A stretch of DNA of 64,000 bases from Vampirovibrio chlorellavorus (GTDB taxonomy: Bacteria; Cyanobacteriota; Vampirovibrionia; Vampirovibrionales; Vampirovibrionaceae): the NCBI GenBank assembly GCA_001858525.1, contig LAPX01000001.1:161473-225472 (forward strand). Direction: 5' to 3'. The notes beneath the pieces are model-generated. The model did no database searches, had not been told where the DNA came from, and saw only the letters and a program-made list of their open reading frames with translations. Of the stretch, positions 29,014 through 39,282 are shown piece after piece (position 1 is the first letter of the stretch; each line of letters starts with the position of its first letter). Position numbers and translations under genes: made by a program.

Positions 29014-29709
29014 ATGCCAACCAAGCCAAATCTTTATCATAATCCGGGAATCGCCTGGGTCAGCGGGGCCAGTGGATACTGGGGTCGTAAAACTGTCATG
29101 AGCCTGTTGCGCTTGAACTGGCAGGTCATCGCCCTCAGCCGACAAGAACCCCAGGATTTGCCGGAATGGGCCATGGCCCAGCAAAAAAGCCTGTTTTGGC
29201 AGCCCTTTGATCTGGAGTCCGAAGATTGGTCCAGCATCCTGAGCGACGTGCCAACACCGCAAGCGGTCTTTCATTGCGTGGGCATTTACGATGAGGATTT
29301 TGAGCGCATGCTGCGGGTCAACGTGGTGCAATCCACCCGCTTTCTGGAAGAGGCCAGCCAGCTCATGGAAACCCAGGGTGCCGGATGCCTAGGGGTCTAT
29401 CTGGGGCAAAATGGACGCCTGGGCCTGCCCGGACTGGGCAATTTCAGCGCCAGCCAGGGTGCCCTGTGGACCTGGTGCGAAGCCAAAGCCAGAACCCTGA
29501 AACAACAAAAATCCGGCCCCACCTTGAGTCTGGTCTTTCCGCAACGGGCCCCCTCTCACCTGCAAGCGGAACTGGCCAAACGCGTGGATCGTAAAGTCAA
29601 ACTAAACCCACCGGAAACGGCCGATGATCTGGTGGCCGGGGTCCTGCAAGGTAAAAGCCGGGTGGGTCGCAAGCCTTGGCTGGCCGGACTCTCCACGTTG
29701 TTGACCTAG
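29014..29709 (+). CDS. atypical short-chain dehydrogenase/reductase
   Basis: VSGASGYWG Rossmann motif; FSASQ at the usual YxxxK position. Confidence 0.65.
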   Translation: MPTKPNLYHNPGIAWVSGASGYWGRKTVMSLLRLNWQVIALSRQEPQDLPEWAMAQQKSLFWQPFDLESEDWSSILSDVPTPQAVFHCVGIYDEDFERMLRVNVVQSTRFLEEASQLMETQGAGCLGVYLGQNGRLGLPGLGNFSASQGALWTWCEAKARTLKQQKSGPTLSLVFPQRAPSHLQAELAKRVDRKVKLNPPETADDLVAGVLQGKSRVGRKPWLAGLSTLLT

Positions 29710-29783
29710 ACAAAATGAAAAGGCCTTGGCGGCAGCTATTTTGGCTTTTCCGAAGTGAGAAAACGGCCAAGCGACAAGAGCAA

Positions 29784-29815
29784 GCTCGGGATCAAAATCC
29801 CTGAGCTCTTTTTTA
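29784..29815 (+). terminator. probable terminator of the lipid operon
   Basis: GCTCGGGA...TCCCTGAGC stem followed by a T run. Confidence 0.5.
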
Positions 29816-30155
29816 ATTTGTAAAGAAATATAAAGCATTTGCAGGGCTTTGTAAAACAAAGCCTAAAAACAAACGTCATGCGCTTTAACGTCCTATAACG
29901 GATGAGACAAATCGATTCAATTTGAAGGAAGAAGCTGCGAGATTTCAATCTCAATCAGCAGAAGGCCTAAAGTTTTGGGGAAGGGGACCGACTAAACATG
30001 TTGGATTCATCTTTTTGGATTTTTGAAAACTTGCGGCTGACTCGGCATGCGATGCCAACGCTCAGCCACCCCCTTCTTCTCCAAAAACAAACGAGTCTCT
30101 CTCCAAATCCAATACAGCACGAAACCTGACTAATACGAAAGTGGGAAGTGCCATC

Positions 30156-33100
30156 ATGCCTAGTAATTTTTCGCCCATCCACGCCTTTTACAAACTGCTG
30201 GTGTACACCGCCATGGCCCCCCTGCGGGATCAGGCCTTTCAGGGCACCCGTAAAGCCAAGATCTCCGACACTGAGAAAGAAGCCCTGGCCTCCGGCTCCG
30301 TGGGCTTTGAGCGAGAAATCCTGAGTGGACACCCGGATTGGCGCAAGCTGCTGGATCTGCCCAAACCGCACCTGAACGAAATCGAGCAGGCCTTTCTGGA
30401 TGGGCCGGTGGAACAACTGTGTGCCCTATTGGATGACTGGAAAATCAGGACAGAACTGAAAGATTTACCCCCGGAAGCCTGGGCTTTTTTGAAAGAAAAA
30501 GGCTTCTTCGGCATGATCATTCCCAAGGAATACGGCGGCTTGGGCTTTTCCGCCAGAGCCCACTCGGAAGTGGTCTTGAAGCTGGCCAGCCGCAGTACCA
30601 CCGCATGCGTCACCACCATGGTACCCAATTCGCTAGGCCCGGCAGAGTTGCTGATTCGGTATGGAACGGATGAGCAAAAAAATCATTACCTACCTCGCCT
30701 GGCCAAAGGCGAAGAAATTCCCTCCTTTGCACTGACCGAACCCGATGCAGGATCTGATGCGTCCAGCATGACCGCCCATGGGGTGGTCTGTGAGCGCGAT
30801 GGCCAACTGGGCATATTGCTGAATTGGGACAAGCGCTATATTACCCTCAGCCCCATTGCCACCCTGTTGGGGGTGGCCTTTAAACTGCGCGATCCGGATT
30901 GTCTGCTGGGCCAGAAAAAAGAGCTGGGCATCACGCTGGCCCTCATCCCCACCAATGCCTCGGGCGTAGAAATTGGCCGCCGTCACAACCCCTTGGGCAT
31001 TCCCTTTATGAACGGTCCAACCCACGGCAAAGACGTGTGGATCACCCTGGATCAGATCATCGGGGGCCGGGAGTACGCCGGGCAAGGCTGGCGCATGCTG
31101 ATGGAATGCTTATCGGTGGGACGCTGTATTTCCCTGCCGGCATTGTCGGTGGGTTCAGCCAAACTGGTCAGCCGCATGACCGGTGCTTACAGCCGGGTGC
31201 GCAAGCAATTCAAGGTATCCATCAACCAGTTTGAAGGCGTAGAAGAACTACTGGCCCGCATGGCCGGTACCACCTATCTCATGGAGGCCTGCCGCATCGC
31301 CACCCTGCAAATGCTGGATCGGGGCGAGCATCCCACCATTCTGTCCGCCATCCTGAAGTACCACATGACCGAGTACGGGCGCAAAATCGTCAACGACGGC
31401 ATGGACGTGCTGGGCGGAAAAGCCATCTGCGAAGGGCCAGACAACCTGATTGCCCCGCTCTATCACGGCATTCCCATCGGCATCACCGTGGAAGGGGCCA
31501 ACATCCTGACCCGCAACATGATCATTTTCGGGCAAGGATCGGTGCGCTCGCATCCCTATCTGCTCAAAGAAATCGAAGCGGCCCGTCTGGACGATGAAAA
31601 TCAGGCCCGCGCCGAGTTCAGCGATTTAATGGCCCAGCACGTTCGCCACAGCGTGGAAAACACCATCCGCAGCCTGGTTTTTGGCCTGACCAACGGACAC
31701 GGCAGCGGTGTGCCCAATGCCGATCAAACCGAGGCCTATTACTTCCGGCACATCAACCGCCTCAGCGCCGCCTATGCCACGTTGGCCGATAACATCCTGA
31801 TGCTGCTGGGCGACAGCGTGAAACGCAAGGAACGCATTTCCGCCTTGCTGGGCGATGCCATGAGTTACCTGTTTATGGCCTCCGCGGTGTTGCGCCATTA
31901 TCAGGCCCACGGGCGACTTCAGGATGAACGGCCTTTGGTGCACTGGGCTTGTCAAACCCTGTTGCATCAAGCCGAAGAGAGCATGGATCGTCTCTTGCAA
32001 AACTTCCCCAACCCCATTCTGGGGGCCTTGCTGCGACCCATCATTTTCCCGTTGGGTCGACGCATTCAACTGCCCAGTCACCGTCAGGATCGCAAGCTGG
32101 CCCAACTGCTGGTCACGCCCGGCGCACTGCGGGATCGGCTCACCCAGGGCATTTACCTACCGACCAGCGACAGCGAACCACTGGCCCAACTGGAGCAATG
32201 CATGGCCATGGCCGTGCAAGCCGATGTGCTGGAAGCCACCATTCGCCAGGCCAAAAAAGAAGGCCGCCTGAGCGCACAAACCCCAGAGGCCCTGTTGGAA
32301 GAAGCCACCGCCCAGAAAATCATCAGCGCCCAGGAACGGGCCCTGTTGAAGCAAGTGGAAGTGCTGCGAAAACAGGTGTTGGCCGTCGATGATTTTGACC
32401 TTCACTTCAATTTCCTGGAAAAAAAAAGGGCATTTGTCAGCGGGAGCCAGCTAAAGACGGTTTATCCACTGGGAACCCGCTGGGATCTTGAGTTACCGAA
32501 CCAAAATTTGGTGGCATTATTTGAAGCCGCCGTGGATCGATACCGGCATTTGCCCTGTATGGATTCCATGGGTAAAAAGTACGACTATCAGGAAATGGGC
32601 AGTCTGGTGAACCGAGCCGCCGCTGGGCTGCAAGGTTTGGGCATTCAAAAGGGCGATCGCATCGGCCTGTACATGCCCAATACGCCTTACTACCCCATTC
32701 TGTTTTTTGCCGCCCTGAAAGTGGGCGCGGTAGTGGTCAATGTCTGCCCCATGCACACCCTGAGCGAACTTCGGGAGCAATTGGCTGACAGCGGGACGCA
32801 AACCCTGATTACACTGGATCTAAAGGATTCTTTCAACAAAACGGCCCAGCTACTGGATGAAGGTCTGCTTTCCCGAATGATCGTGTGCAAAATGGAAGAG
32901 GTGCTCCCCTTCTTTAAATCGCACGCCTACCGGCTGTTTCGCAGTTCACAAATTGCCCGCACAGAAGATTGGAGAAAGGACTGGGGAAAAAGCAGTAAAG
33001 CGGGCAAAAATCATAAAGAATCCGTGGCAGAAGTCTCCTCCTCTGGCCTGCGACTGGGCTTCCGGGATCTCATTCACAGCAAGCATGTGTTGCAACCCGT

Positions 33101-34292
33101 GCCCATCGTTCCCCAAGATGTGGCCCTGTTGCAATACACCGGCGGAACCACTGGTACGCCCAAAGGGGCTATGCTGACCCACGCCAATCTGGTGGCCAAT
33201 ATTTGCCAGATTGAAGAGTTCTTTGGATTCTCTGCCAACAAACCCCAGTGTGAAGCACTCCTCCGGCCGGGCCAAGAACGGGTGCTGGCCACCATCCCCT
33301 ACTTCCATATTTTCGGGCTGGCCGTGGCCATGCTCTCCAGCCTGAAAATGGGCGCGGAACTGATCATCCTGCCCGACCCGCGCAACATTACGGAAACCCT
33401 GAAAACCATCCACGAGAAAAAGCCCACCCTGTTTCCAGCGGTTCCCCGGCTCCTGCAGGCCATTTGTGAGCATCCCAAATTGGGCCAATTTGACCTCAGC
33501 AGTCTGCAAACGGTTATCTCCGGTGGCGCCGCTATCCCTCTCTCCGTGCATCAGGCCTTTGAACAGGTGACTGGCAAGCCGGGGCTGATCAAACAGGGCT
33601 ATGGGCTCACGGAAACAGCCCCGGTGGCTGCGGCCAATCCGCCCTTTGGCACCAACAAACCGGAATCCATTGGTTTGCCCTTGCCCCAAACCCGCATTCA
33701 AATCGTGGATCCCCAAGATCCGGATCGGGTGCTGGCCATGGGCGAAGTGGGAGAAATCTGCATCAGCGGCCCACAGGTGATGAAAGGCTACTACCAGCGT
33801 CCGGAGGAAACCGAGCAGATCCTCAGAAACGGCTGGTTTTTCACCGGGGATTTGGGATACCTGGATGACGATCATTACCTGCACATCGTGGACCGCAAAA
33901 AACGACTGATTCTGGTGAATGGCTTTAACGTCTACCCCACTCAACTGGAACACGCCATTACCCGACATCCGGCGGTGGCCGAGTGTATGGTCATCAGCGT
34001 GCCTGACGCCCGATCCGGTGAAGCGGCCAAGGCTTTTGTCCGACTCAAGAACGGGCATCCTCTCAATAGCCAGCAGCTCAAAGATTTCCTGAGCGAGTAT
34101 CTCAGCCGCATTGAAGTGCCCAAGTACGTGGAGTTCATACACTTTGAACTGCCCAAAACGGCGGTCGGGAAACCCGATTGGCGGGCCATGCAGGAACGGC
34201 AAAAGCTGACCGAGCTGCCGCACGGCGACCACCCCGGAGAACACATGATTACCGACATCAACGAAGGACTGGATATGGAGCAGGCATCATGA
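30156..34292 (+). CDS. fused acyl-CoA dehydrogenase (FadE-type) and long-chain fatty acyl-CoA ligase (FadD-type)
   Basis: N half: MVPNSLGPAELL, FALTEPDAGSDA, ITVEGANILTR, ending VDDFD; C half: YTGGTTGTPKG, QGYGLTE, TGDLG, PKTAVGK. Confidence 0.9.
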   Translation: MPSNFSPIHAFYKLLVYTAMAPLRDQAFQGTRKAKISDTEKEALASGSVGFEREILSGHPDWRKLLDLPKPHLNEIEQAFLDGPVEQLCALLDDWKIRTELKDLPPEAWAFLKEKGFFGMIIPKEYGGLGFSARAHSEVVLKLASRSTTACVTTMVPNSLGPAELLIRYGTDEQKNHYLPRLAKGEEIPSFALTEPDAGSDASSMTAHGVVCERDGQLGILLNWDKRYITLSPIATLLGVAFKLRDPDCLLGQKKELGITLALIPTNASGVEIGRRHNPLGIPFMNGPTHGKDVWITLDQIIGGREYAGQGWRMLMECLSVGRCISLPALSVGSAKLVSRMTGAYSRVRKQFKVSINQFEGVEELLARMAGTTYLMEACRIATLQMLDRGEHPTILSAILKYHMTEYGRKIVNDGMDVLGGKAICEGPDNLIAPLYHGIPIGITVEGANILTRNMIIFGQGSVRSHPYLLKEIEAARLDDENQARAEFSDLMAQHVRHSVENTIRSLVFGLTNGHGSGVPNADQTEAYYFRHINRLSAAYATLADNILMLLGDSVKRKERISALLGDAMSYLFMASAVLRHYQAHGRLQDERPLVHWACQTLLHQAEESMDRLLQNFPNPILGALLRPIIFPLGRRIQLPSHRQDRKLAQLLVTPGALRDRLTQGIYLPTSDSEPLAQLEQCMAMAVQADVLEATIRQAKKEGRLSAQTPEALLEEATAQKIISAQERALLKQVEVLRKQVLAVDDFDLHFNFLEKKRAFVSGSQLKTVYPLGTRWDLELPNQNLVALFEAAVDRYRHLPCMDSMGKKYDYQEMGSLVNRAAAGLQGLGIQKGDRIGLYMPNTPYYPILFFAALKVGAVVVNVCPMHTLSELREQLADSGTQTLITLDLKDSFNKTAQLLDEGLLSRMIVCKMEEVLPFFKSHAYRLFRSSQIARTEDWRKDWGKSSKAGKNHKESVAEVSSSGLRLGFRDLIHSKHVLQPVPIVPQDVALLQYTGGTTGTPKGAMLTHANLVANICQIEEFFGFSANKPQCEALLRPGQERVLATIPYFHIFGLAVAMLSSLKMGAELIILPDPRNITETLKTIHEKKPTLFPAVPRLLQAICEHPKLGQFDLSSLQTVISGGAAIPLSVHQAFEQVTGKPGLIKQGYGLTETAPVAAANPPFGTNKPESIGLPLPQTRIQIVDPQDPDRVLAMGEVGEICISGPQVMKGYYQRPEETEQILRNGWFFTGDLGYLDDDHYLHIVDRKKRLILVNGFNVYPTQLEHAITRHPAVAECMVISVPDARSGEAAKAFVRLKNGHPLNSQQLKDFLSEYLSRIEVPKYVEFIHFELPKTAVGKPDWRAMQERQKLTELPHGDHPGEHMITDINEGLDMEQAS

Positions 34293-35470
34293 CCCAACAG
34301 GCTGTCATAATCGATTATGTGCGTACCCCCTTTGCCAAGGCCGTAGAACCCACCTCGGGCAGCTCCAAACAGGGAAAATTCGCCAACCTGCTGCCCGATG
34401 ACATGGTGGCTGCTCTCATTGCCGAAAGCCTCAAACGCACCGGCATCCATCCCAGCCACGTGGAAGCCCTGCTGCTGGGCTGTGTGCATCAGGAAGCAGA
34501 GCAAGGGCTGAATCTGGCCCGCATGATTGTGCTCAATCCGGATGCCGGTTTGCCACACAGTGTGGGCGGGGTCAGTGTGGATCGCTTTTGCGGATCGTCG
34601 ATGCACATTATCGCCGATGCCAAAAACGCCATTCTGGCGGGTGAGGCCGAGGTCATGCTGTGCGCCGGGGTGCAGTCGATCAGCCGCATTCCCATGGCGG
34701 GCTGGAACCCCATGCTCAACCCCAAAGTGTATGGGGGCAACGCCAAAGGCTTTATGAATATGGGCATCACCGCTGAAAATCTGGCTGCCCAATTCAAAAT
34801 TTCCCGGCAGGCTCAGGAGGAATTTGCCTTACAGTCGCATCAGAAGGCGGCCAAAGCCCAGCAGGCCGGTTACTTTGCCTCGGAAATTATGCCACTGGCC
34901 GGATTACCGTTGGATGACAGCGTGCGCTCCGATAGCTCGCTGGAGCAACTGCAAAAACTGAAACCGGCCTTTCAGCAGGATGGCACGGTGACCGCCGGAA
35001 CATCCTCTCCCCATACCGATGGGGCTTCCCTGGTGGTAGTGGCTTCTCACCACTATGCCCAACAGCATCAACTACCCATTTTAGCGCATATCAAGGCCTT
35101 TGCCGGGTCCGGCTGCGAACCGGAGATCATGGGCATTGGCCCGGTCAGCGCCATCCAGAAAGCGCTGCAACGAGCCGGATTAAGTATGCAAGACATTGGC
35201 GTGGTGGAATTAAACGAAGCCTTCGCCGTGCAAACCCTGGCCGTCTTGCAGGAACTGGATCGGGTGGGGCTGAGTGTGGATGCAGCCAAACTCAATATAG
35301 ATGGCGGGGCCATTGCTCTGGGTCATCCACTGGGCGCCTCCGGGGCCCGCATTACCGGCAAAGTGGCCCGCCTGCTGCAACGCACGGGTCAACGCTACGG
35401 ACTGGCCGCCATGTGTATCGGCGGCGGTCAAGGGGTGGCTATCGTTCTGGAGAACCCCAACATCCACTAA
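34289..35470 (+). CDS. fadA: acetyl-CoA C-acyltransferase (thiolase)
   Basis: DRFCGSS, NEAFA, GHPLGASG, MCIGGGQG; ATGA overlap. Confidence 0.92.
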   Translation: MTQQAVIIDYVRTPFAKAVEPTSGSSKQGKFANLLPDDMVAALIAESLKRTGIHPSHVEALLLGCVHQEAEQGLNLARMIVLNPDAGLPHSVGGVSVDRFCGSSMHIIADAKNAILAGEAEVMLCAGVQSISRIPMAGWNPMLNPKVYGGNAKGFMNMGITAENLAAQFKISRQAQEEFALQSHQKAAKAQQAGYFASEIMPLAGLPLDDSVRSDSSLEQLQKLKPAFQQDGTVTAGTSSPHTDGASLVVVASHHYAQQHQLPILAHIKAFAGSGCEPEIMGIGPVSAIQKALQRAGLSMQDIGVVELNEAFAVQTLAVLQELDRVGLSVDAAKLNIDGGAIALGHPLGASGARITGKVARLLQRTGQRYGLAAMCIGGGQGVAIVLENPNIH

Positions 35471-35521
35471 AAAAATCGCGCAGCTCACTGAAAAAGATCA
35501 CTGAAAGGATAGGGACTGGTT

Positions 35522-38152
35522 ATGGCGGAAACACCGTTCATTCGAAAAGCGGCTGTTCTGGGCGCGGGGGCCATGGGCTCCGGTATTGCCGCCCAATTGG
35601 CCAACGCCGGGGTACAGGTGTATCTGCTGGATATTGTGCCGCCCAATGCCCCCAGTGAAGATGCCTCTGCCCGAAATCTCATTGCCAACAACGCCATCCA
35701 GCGCATGTTGAAAGCCACGCCGGCCACCGATCCGCTGAACGCCGGCTTCATGCACCCGGACAACGCCAAACGCATTACCCCCGGCAATCTGGAAGATCAT
35801 CTGGCCGAAGCGGTGGCCGATGCCGATTGGGTGGTGGAAGTGGTCATTGAGAATCTGGACATCAAACGAAACCTCTACGCCCGACTGGAAACCCTCTGTA
35901 AACCCACAGCGGTGATCTCCTCCAACACCTCCACCATCCCGCTTGAAACCCTGATTGAAGGGCGATCGATGCCCTTTAAAAAACGGTTTATCATCACCCA
36001 CTTTTTCAACCCGCCCCGCTTTATGCACCTGCTGGAAATCGTCAGCGGGCCAGATACCGATGCGGACATTGCCCCGCAAATGCAAACCTTTGGCGATGTA
36101 CATCTGGGTAAAAACGTCATTATCTGCAAAGACACCCCGGCCTTTTTGGCCAATCGTATTGGCATTTACTTCATGTTTCGGGCCATTACCGAGGCCATTG
36201 AGCAGGACATGCCCATTGAAATTGTAGACGCCATTCTGGGCAAGCCCATTGGCTACCCCAAGGAAGGCATTTTTGGCCTGCTGGATCTGGTGGGCATTGG
36301 CATTATTCCGCTGGTTACGGAAAGCTTGTTGAAAACCCTGCCCGCCGATGACGCATTCCGCAAGTTTGATCACGAAAAAGGACTGACCCTGGTGGGCAAT
36401 TTACTCAAAGCAGGATGTACCGGCCGCAATGCCCCCAACGGCGGATTTTACCGCATGCAAAAAAACGCCGATGGCACCAGGCAAAAACTGGCTATTCGCC
36501 TGAGTGATGGCGGCAACTACCCGGTGGAAAAACCCAAACTTGCCTGCGTGAAAGCGGCCCGAAAAGACGGGCCCAAAGCCATGTTTGAAACAGACGATCG
36601 CTACGGACGTTTCGCCTGGGTGGTGGTGCGGGATACCTTGTTGTATGCGGCCACGTTAATCCCCGAAATTGCCGATGACATCGCCGAGGTGGACGCCGCT
36701 TTGCGTGGCGGATACAACGCCCACTGGGGCCCCTTTGAGCAGATTGATCAAGTGGGGGTGGACTGGTTCTGTAAGCGGGTGCAAGCCGATGGCATTGCGC
36801 TACCACCTGCCTTGAAACTGGCTCAGAATCGACCCTTTTACAAAACGGTGAACGGCAAACTGCTTCGGCTGGTGTTTGATTTTGAGCGCCAACAAGCCGA
36901 ATATGCCCCCTTGCTGGATCGACCGGGCTGCCTCAACTTCGGGGAAATCAAACACAGCCAAAACGTTTTAGTCCATCACCATTCGGCCAGCCTGTGGGAT
37001 TTGGGTGATGGGGTCACCTGTCTGGAATTTCACTCCAAAATGAACACCCTGGACCCATCCGTGTTGCACGTGGTCAATGAAAGCGTGCGGTTTATGACTC
37101 AAAACGCCGCCCAATACAAAGCCATGGTCATATACAACGCGGAAAAAAACTTCTCGCTGGGGGCCAATTTGGGCCTTATTGACGCCGGCTTTCAGCTCAT
37201 CCGCCAGCCCTTCATGCGGCAAACCGGCTTAAGCCAACTCTTTGGCCTTGGATTGTACAAAGGCATTGAATGCCTGGTGTTTCAGGGGCAAAGCGTGTTC
37301 AGCGCCTTGCGCTATGCGCCATTCCCGGTGGTGGGCGCTCCCAACGGCATGGCCATCGGGGGCGGCTGCGAAATTTTAATGCACTGCGACGCCCTGCAAC
37401 TAAACGCGGAAGCCTACATGGGGCTGGTGGAAAGCGGGGTGGGTCTTATCCCCGGCTGGGGCGGCTGCGCCCGCTATCTGGCCCGATGCCAGGAGGAAGC
37501 AAACCGCAAAGGTGGGGTGATTCCCCCGGTTCGCAAAGCCTTTCAGGCCATTCTGATGCCCCAACTGGCCGTGTCCACTTCCGGGCAGGACGCCCAAGGC
37601 AAACTGTGGGGCAGCCCGCAAGATGGCATAACCATGAACCCGGATCGGGTGCTGGCCGATGCCAAAGCAAAAGCGCTCTCCCTGATTCCAAACTATCAGC
37701 CGCCACAACCCAGCACCTATCGCTTGCCTGGCCCCAGCGGCAAAGCGGCCTTGCAAATGGCCATTGATGATTTCTATGCCAAAGGCGATGCAACCTGGCA
37801 CGATGTGGTGGTGGCCGATGCCCTGGCCGACGTGTTGACCGGGGGTCCCACCAGCAGCGCACAAACTGTATCCGAAAACGATTTGTTACAGCTGGAGCGG
37901 GAACAGTTTTTATCCCTGATTCGGCTGAAGCAAACCCAAAAACGCATTGCCCACACCCTGAAAAGCGGCAAGCCACTGCGAGAAGATCCCGCCCGTGTGA
38001 GCGATTCACTGGATGAGTTACGAAAGGCTCGTACCGTCAAAGCACTGGCCAAACGAACTGTGACCGGGCTGCCCTTGATTGGGCTGGATGCCCTGCAACT
38101 GCGCTGGATGGCCGAGTTTACAGCGATTTTACTGAAGAAATTCGCTCCCTAG
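35522..38152 (+). CDS. 3-hydroxyacyl-CoA dehydrogenase / enoyl-CoA hydratase (FadN-type domain order)
   Basis: LGAGAMGSGIA, SSNTST, HFFNPP, C-terminal crotonase GGGCE..GLVESGVGLIPGWGG. Confidence 0.9.
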   Translation: MAETPFIRKAAVLGAGAMGSGIAAQLANAGVQVYLLDIVPPNAPSEDASARNLIANNAIQRMLKATPATDPLNAGFMHPDNAKRITPGNLEDHLAEAVADADWVVEVVIENLDIKRNLYARLETLCKPTAVISSNTSTIPLETLIEGRSMPFKKRFIITHFFNPPRFMHLLEIVSGPDTDADIAPQMQTFGDVHLGKNVIICKDTPAFLANRIGIYFMFRAITEAIEQDMPIEIVDAILGKPIGYPKEGIFGLLDLVGIGIIPLVTESLLKTLPADDAFRKFDHEKGLTLVGNLLKAGCTGRNAPNGGFYRMQKNADGTRQKLAIRLSDGGNYPVEKPKLACVKAARKDGPKAMFETDDRYGRFAWVVVRDTLLYAATLIPEIADDIAEVDAALRGGYNAHWGPFEQIDQVGVDWFCKRVQADGIALPPALKLAQNRPFYKTVNGKLLRLVFDFERQQAEYAPLLDRPGCLNFGEIKHSQNVLVHHHSASLWDLGDGVTCLEFHSKMNTLDPSVLHVVNESVRFMTQNAAQYKAMVIYNAEKNFSLGANLGLIDAGFQLIRQPFMRQTGLSQLFGLGLYKGIECLVFQGQSVFSALRYAPFPVVGAPNGMAIGGGCEILMHCDALQLNAEAYMGLVESGVGLIPGWGGCARYLARCQEEANRKGGVIPPVRKAFQAILMPQLAVSTSGQDAQGKLWGSPQDGITMNPDRVLADAKAKALSLIPNYQPPQPSTYRLPGPSGKAALQMAIDDFYAKGDATWHDVVVADALADVLTGGPTSSAQTVSENDLLQLEREQFLSLIRLKQTQKRIAHTLKSGKPLREDPARVSDSLDELRKARTVKALAKRTVTGLPLIGLDALQLRWMAEFTAILLKKFAP

Positions 38153-38966
38153 GGTAGTCGATCAGAAAACCGTCATAGGCCAACCAGCCCTTCATGTCTC
38201 GACCAGGGCGATTCACTTGGCCTTGAGGGACGTACCGTAGCAAGGCTTTCTCCAGGGTGACAAAACCCAATTGTTTAAAACGCGTTCTATCCTCGGCAGA
38301 TTCTGGCTTGATAAGCAGGCGCAAGTTCTCTTTTCGGGCTTGTTGCATGGCTTCCTGCAACAGATAATCTTCAATGGCTTCTCCCAACTCGCTCTGTCGA
38401 ATGGCATTAGGAATATCGACTTCCAGTGCGTAAAAGGTCTTGGGTTCGGTGTTGCCCAGCATACGAGAAGCCCGCTCACGCCGCAGGGTACCCAAGGTAA
38501 GACCGATTGAGTTTTTCAACCAAAAAGCCCCATGGTCACTTAAATTGCCATATTGGGATAACACATGCTCCACAGCCTTGGCGTCGTCTACCACAGCCAC
38601 TTTTTTCTCAATTTTAAGGCGTTGTGGAATGGGAATTTGTGGGGCTTGATAAAGCCCAGGCGCCCCAAAACGAACCGGGCTTGCCTTAGACGGGGCTGGT
38701 TTTCGGTGGGTCGAACCCAGCGGCAGTAACATCAGCTCGGTCACAGAAGGTTGCTTTTTGAAACGATTACCAAGCCCCTGCCAGAGCGTTTGCAGCTTTT
38801 GCCAAATCATGGTGGCGCAATGAACATCATTTTCAGCAGTTGAATCCAGCGGCAAGGGTGCCGTCAAGGGCCAGTTGGGATAACGCTCCGCAACAGTCAC
38901 AGGCTTCAATTGCCTGTTCATTCTGGAAACTGGCTGTTGCCCCAATGAGGATACAGTGCTGTTCAT
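38118..38966 (-). CDS. hypothetical protein, possible degenerate GNAT-like C-terminal domain
   Basis: Low-complexity N terminus, PVRFG motif, LLQEAMQQAR..FKQLGF pattern; GGAGG RBS. Confidence 0.55.
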   Translation of the reverse strand: MNSTVSSLGQQPVSRMNRQLKPVTVAERYPNWPLTAPLPLDSTAENDVHCATMIWQKLQTLWQGLGNRFKKQPSVTELMLLPLGSTHRKPAPSKASPVRFGAPGLYQAPQIPIPQRLKIEKKVAVVDDAKAVEHVLSQYGNLSDHGAFWLKNSIGLTLGTLRRERASRMLGNTEPKTFYALEVDIPNAIRQSELGEAIEDYLLQEAMQQARKENLRLLIKPESAEDRTRFKQLGFVTLEKALLRYVPQGQVNRPGRDMKGWLAYDGFLIDYPRERISSVKSL

Positions 38967-39282
38967 AAGATAGCCCTCCGCAGTAAGGTCGTTTCATAGG
39001 CTACAAAAAGGATGACGTTGAGAATAATACATATATCTACAATAAATAACCCCTAAAATAAAGAGCCCTCATTGGTTTGTGGCCTTGAATACGCTCTAAC
39101 GTGGGACCTTTTGATCTTAAAGGACCCAAGAGCCTGATTAGGACTTGAATAAACCGGATGAAAAGAAATGTAAAAATAAACTCAAAAACACTGTAGGTTT
39201 CAGCGAATTTGCCGAAAACAAAAAAAGGAATGAAAAAAGGAAATATTGCCCCTCCCCACTTTGCAAATAAAGGGATAACCAA

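Noticed and set aside
32946..34244. 432-aa minus-strand ORF
   Set aside because: Antisense shadow of the FadD domain
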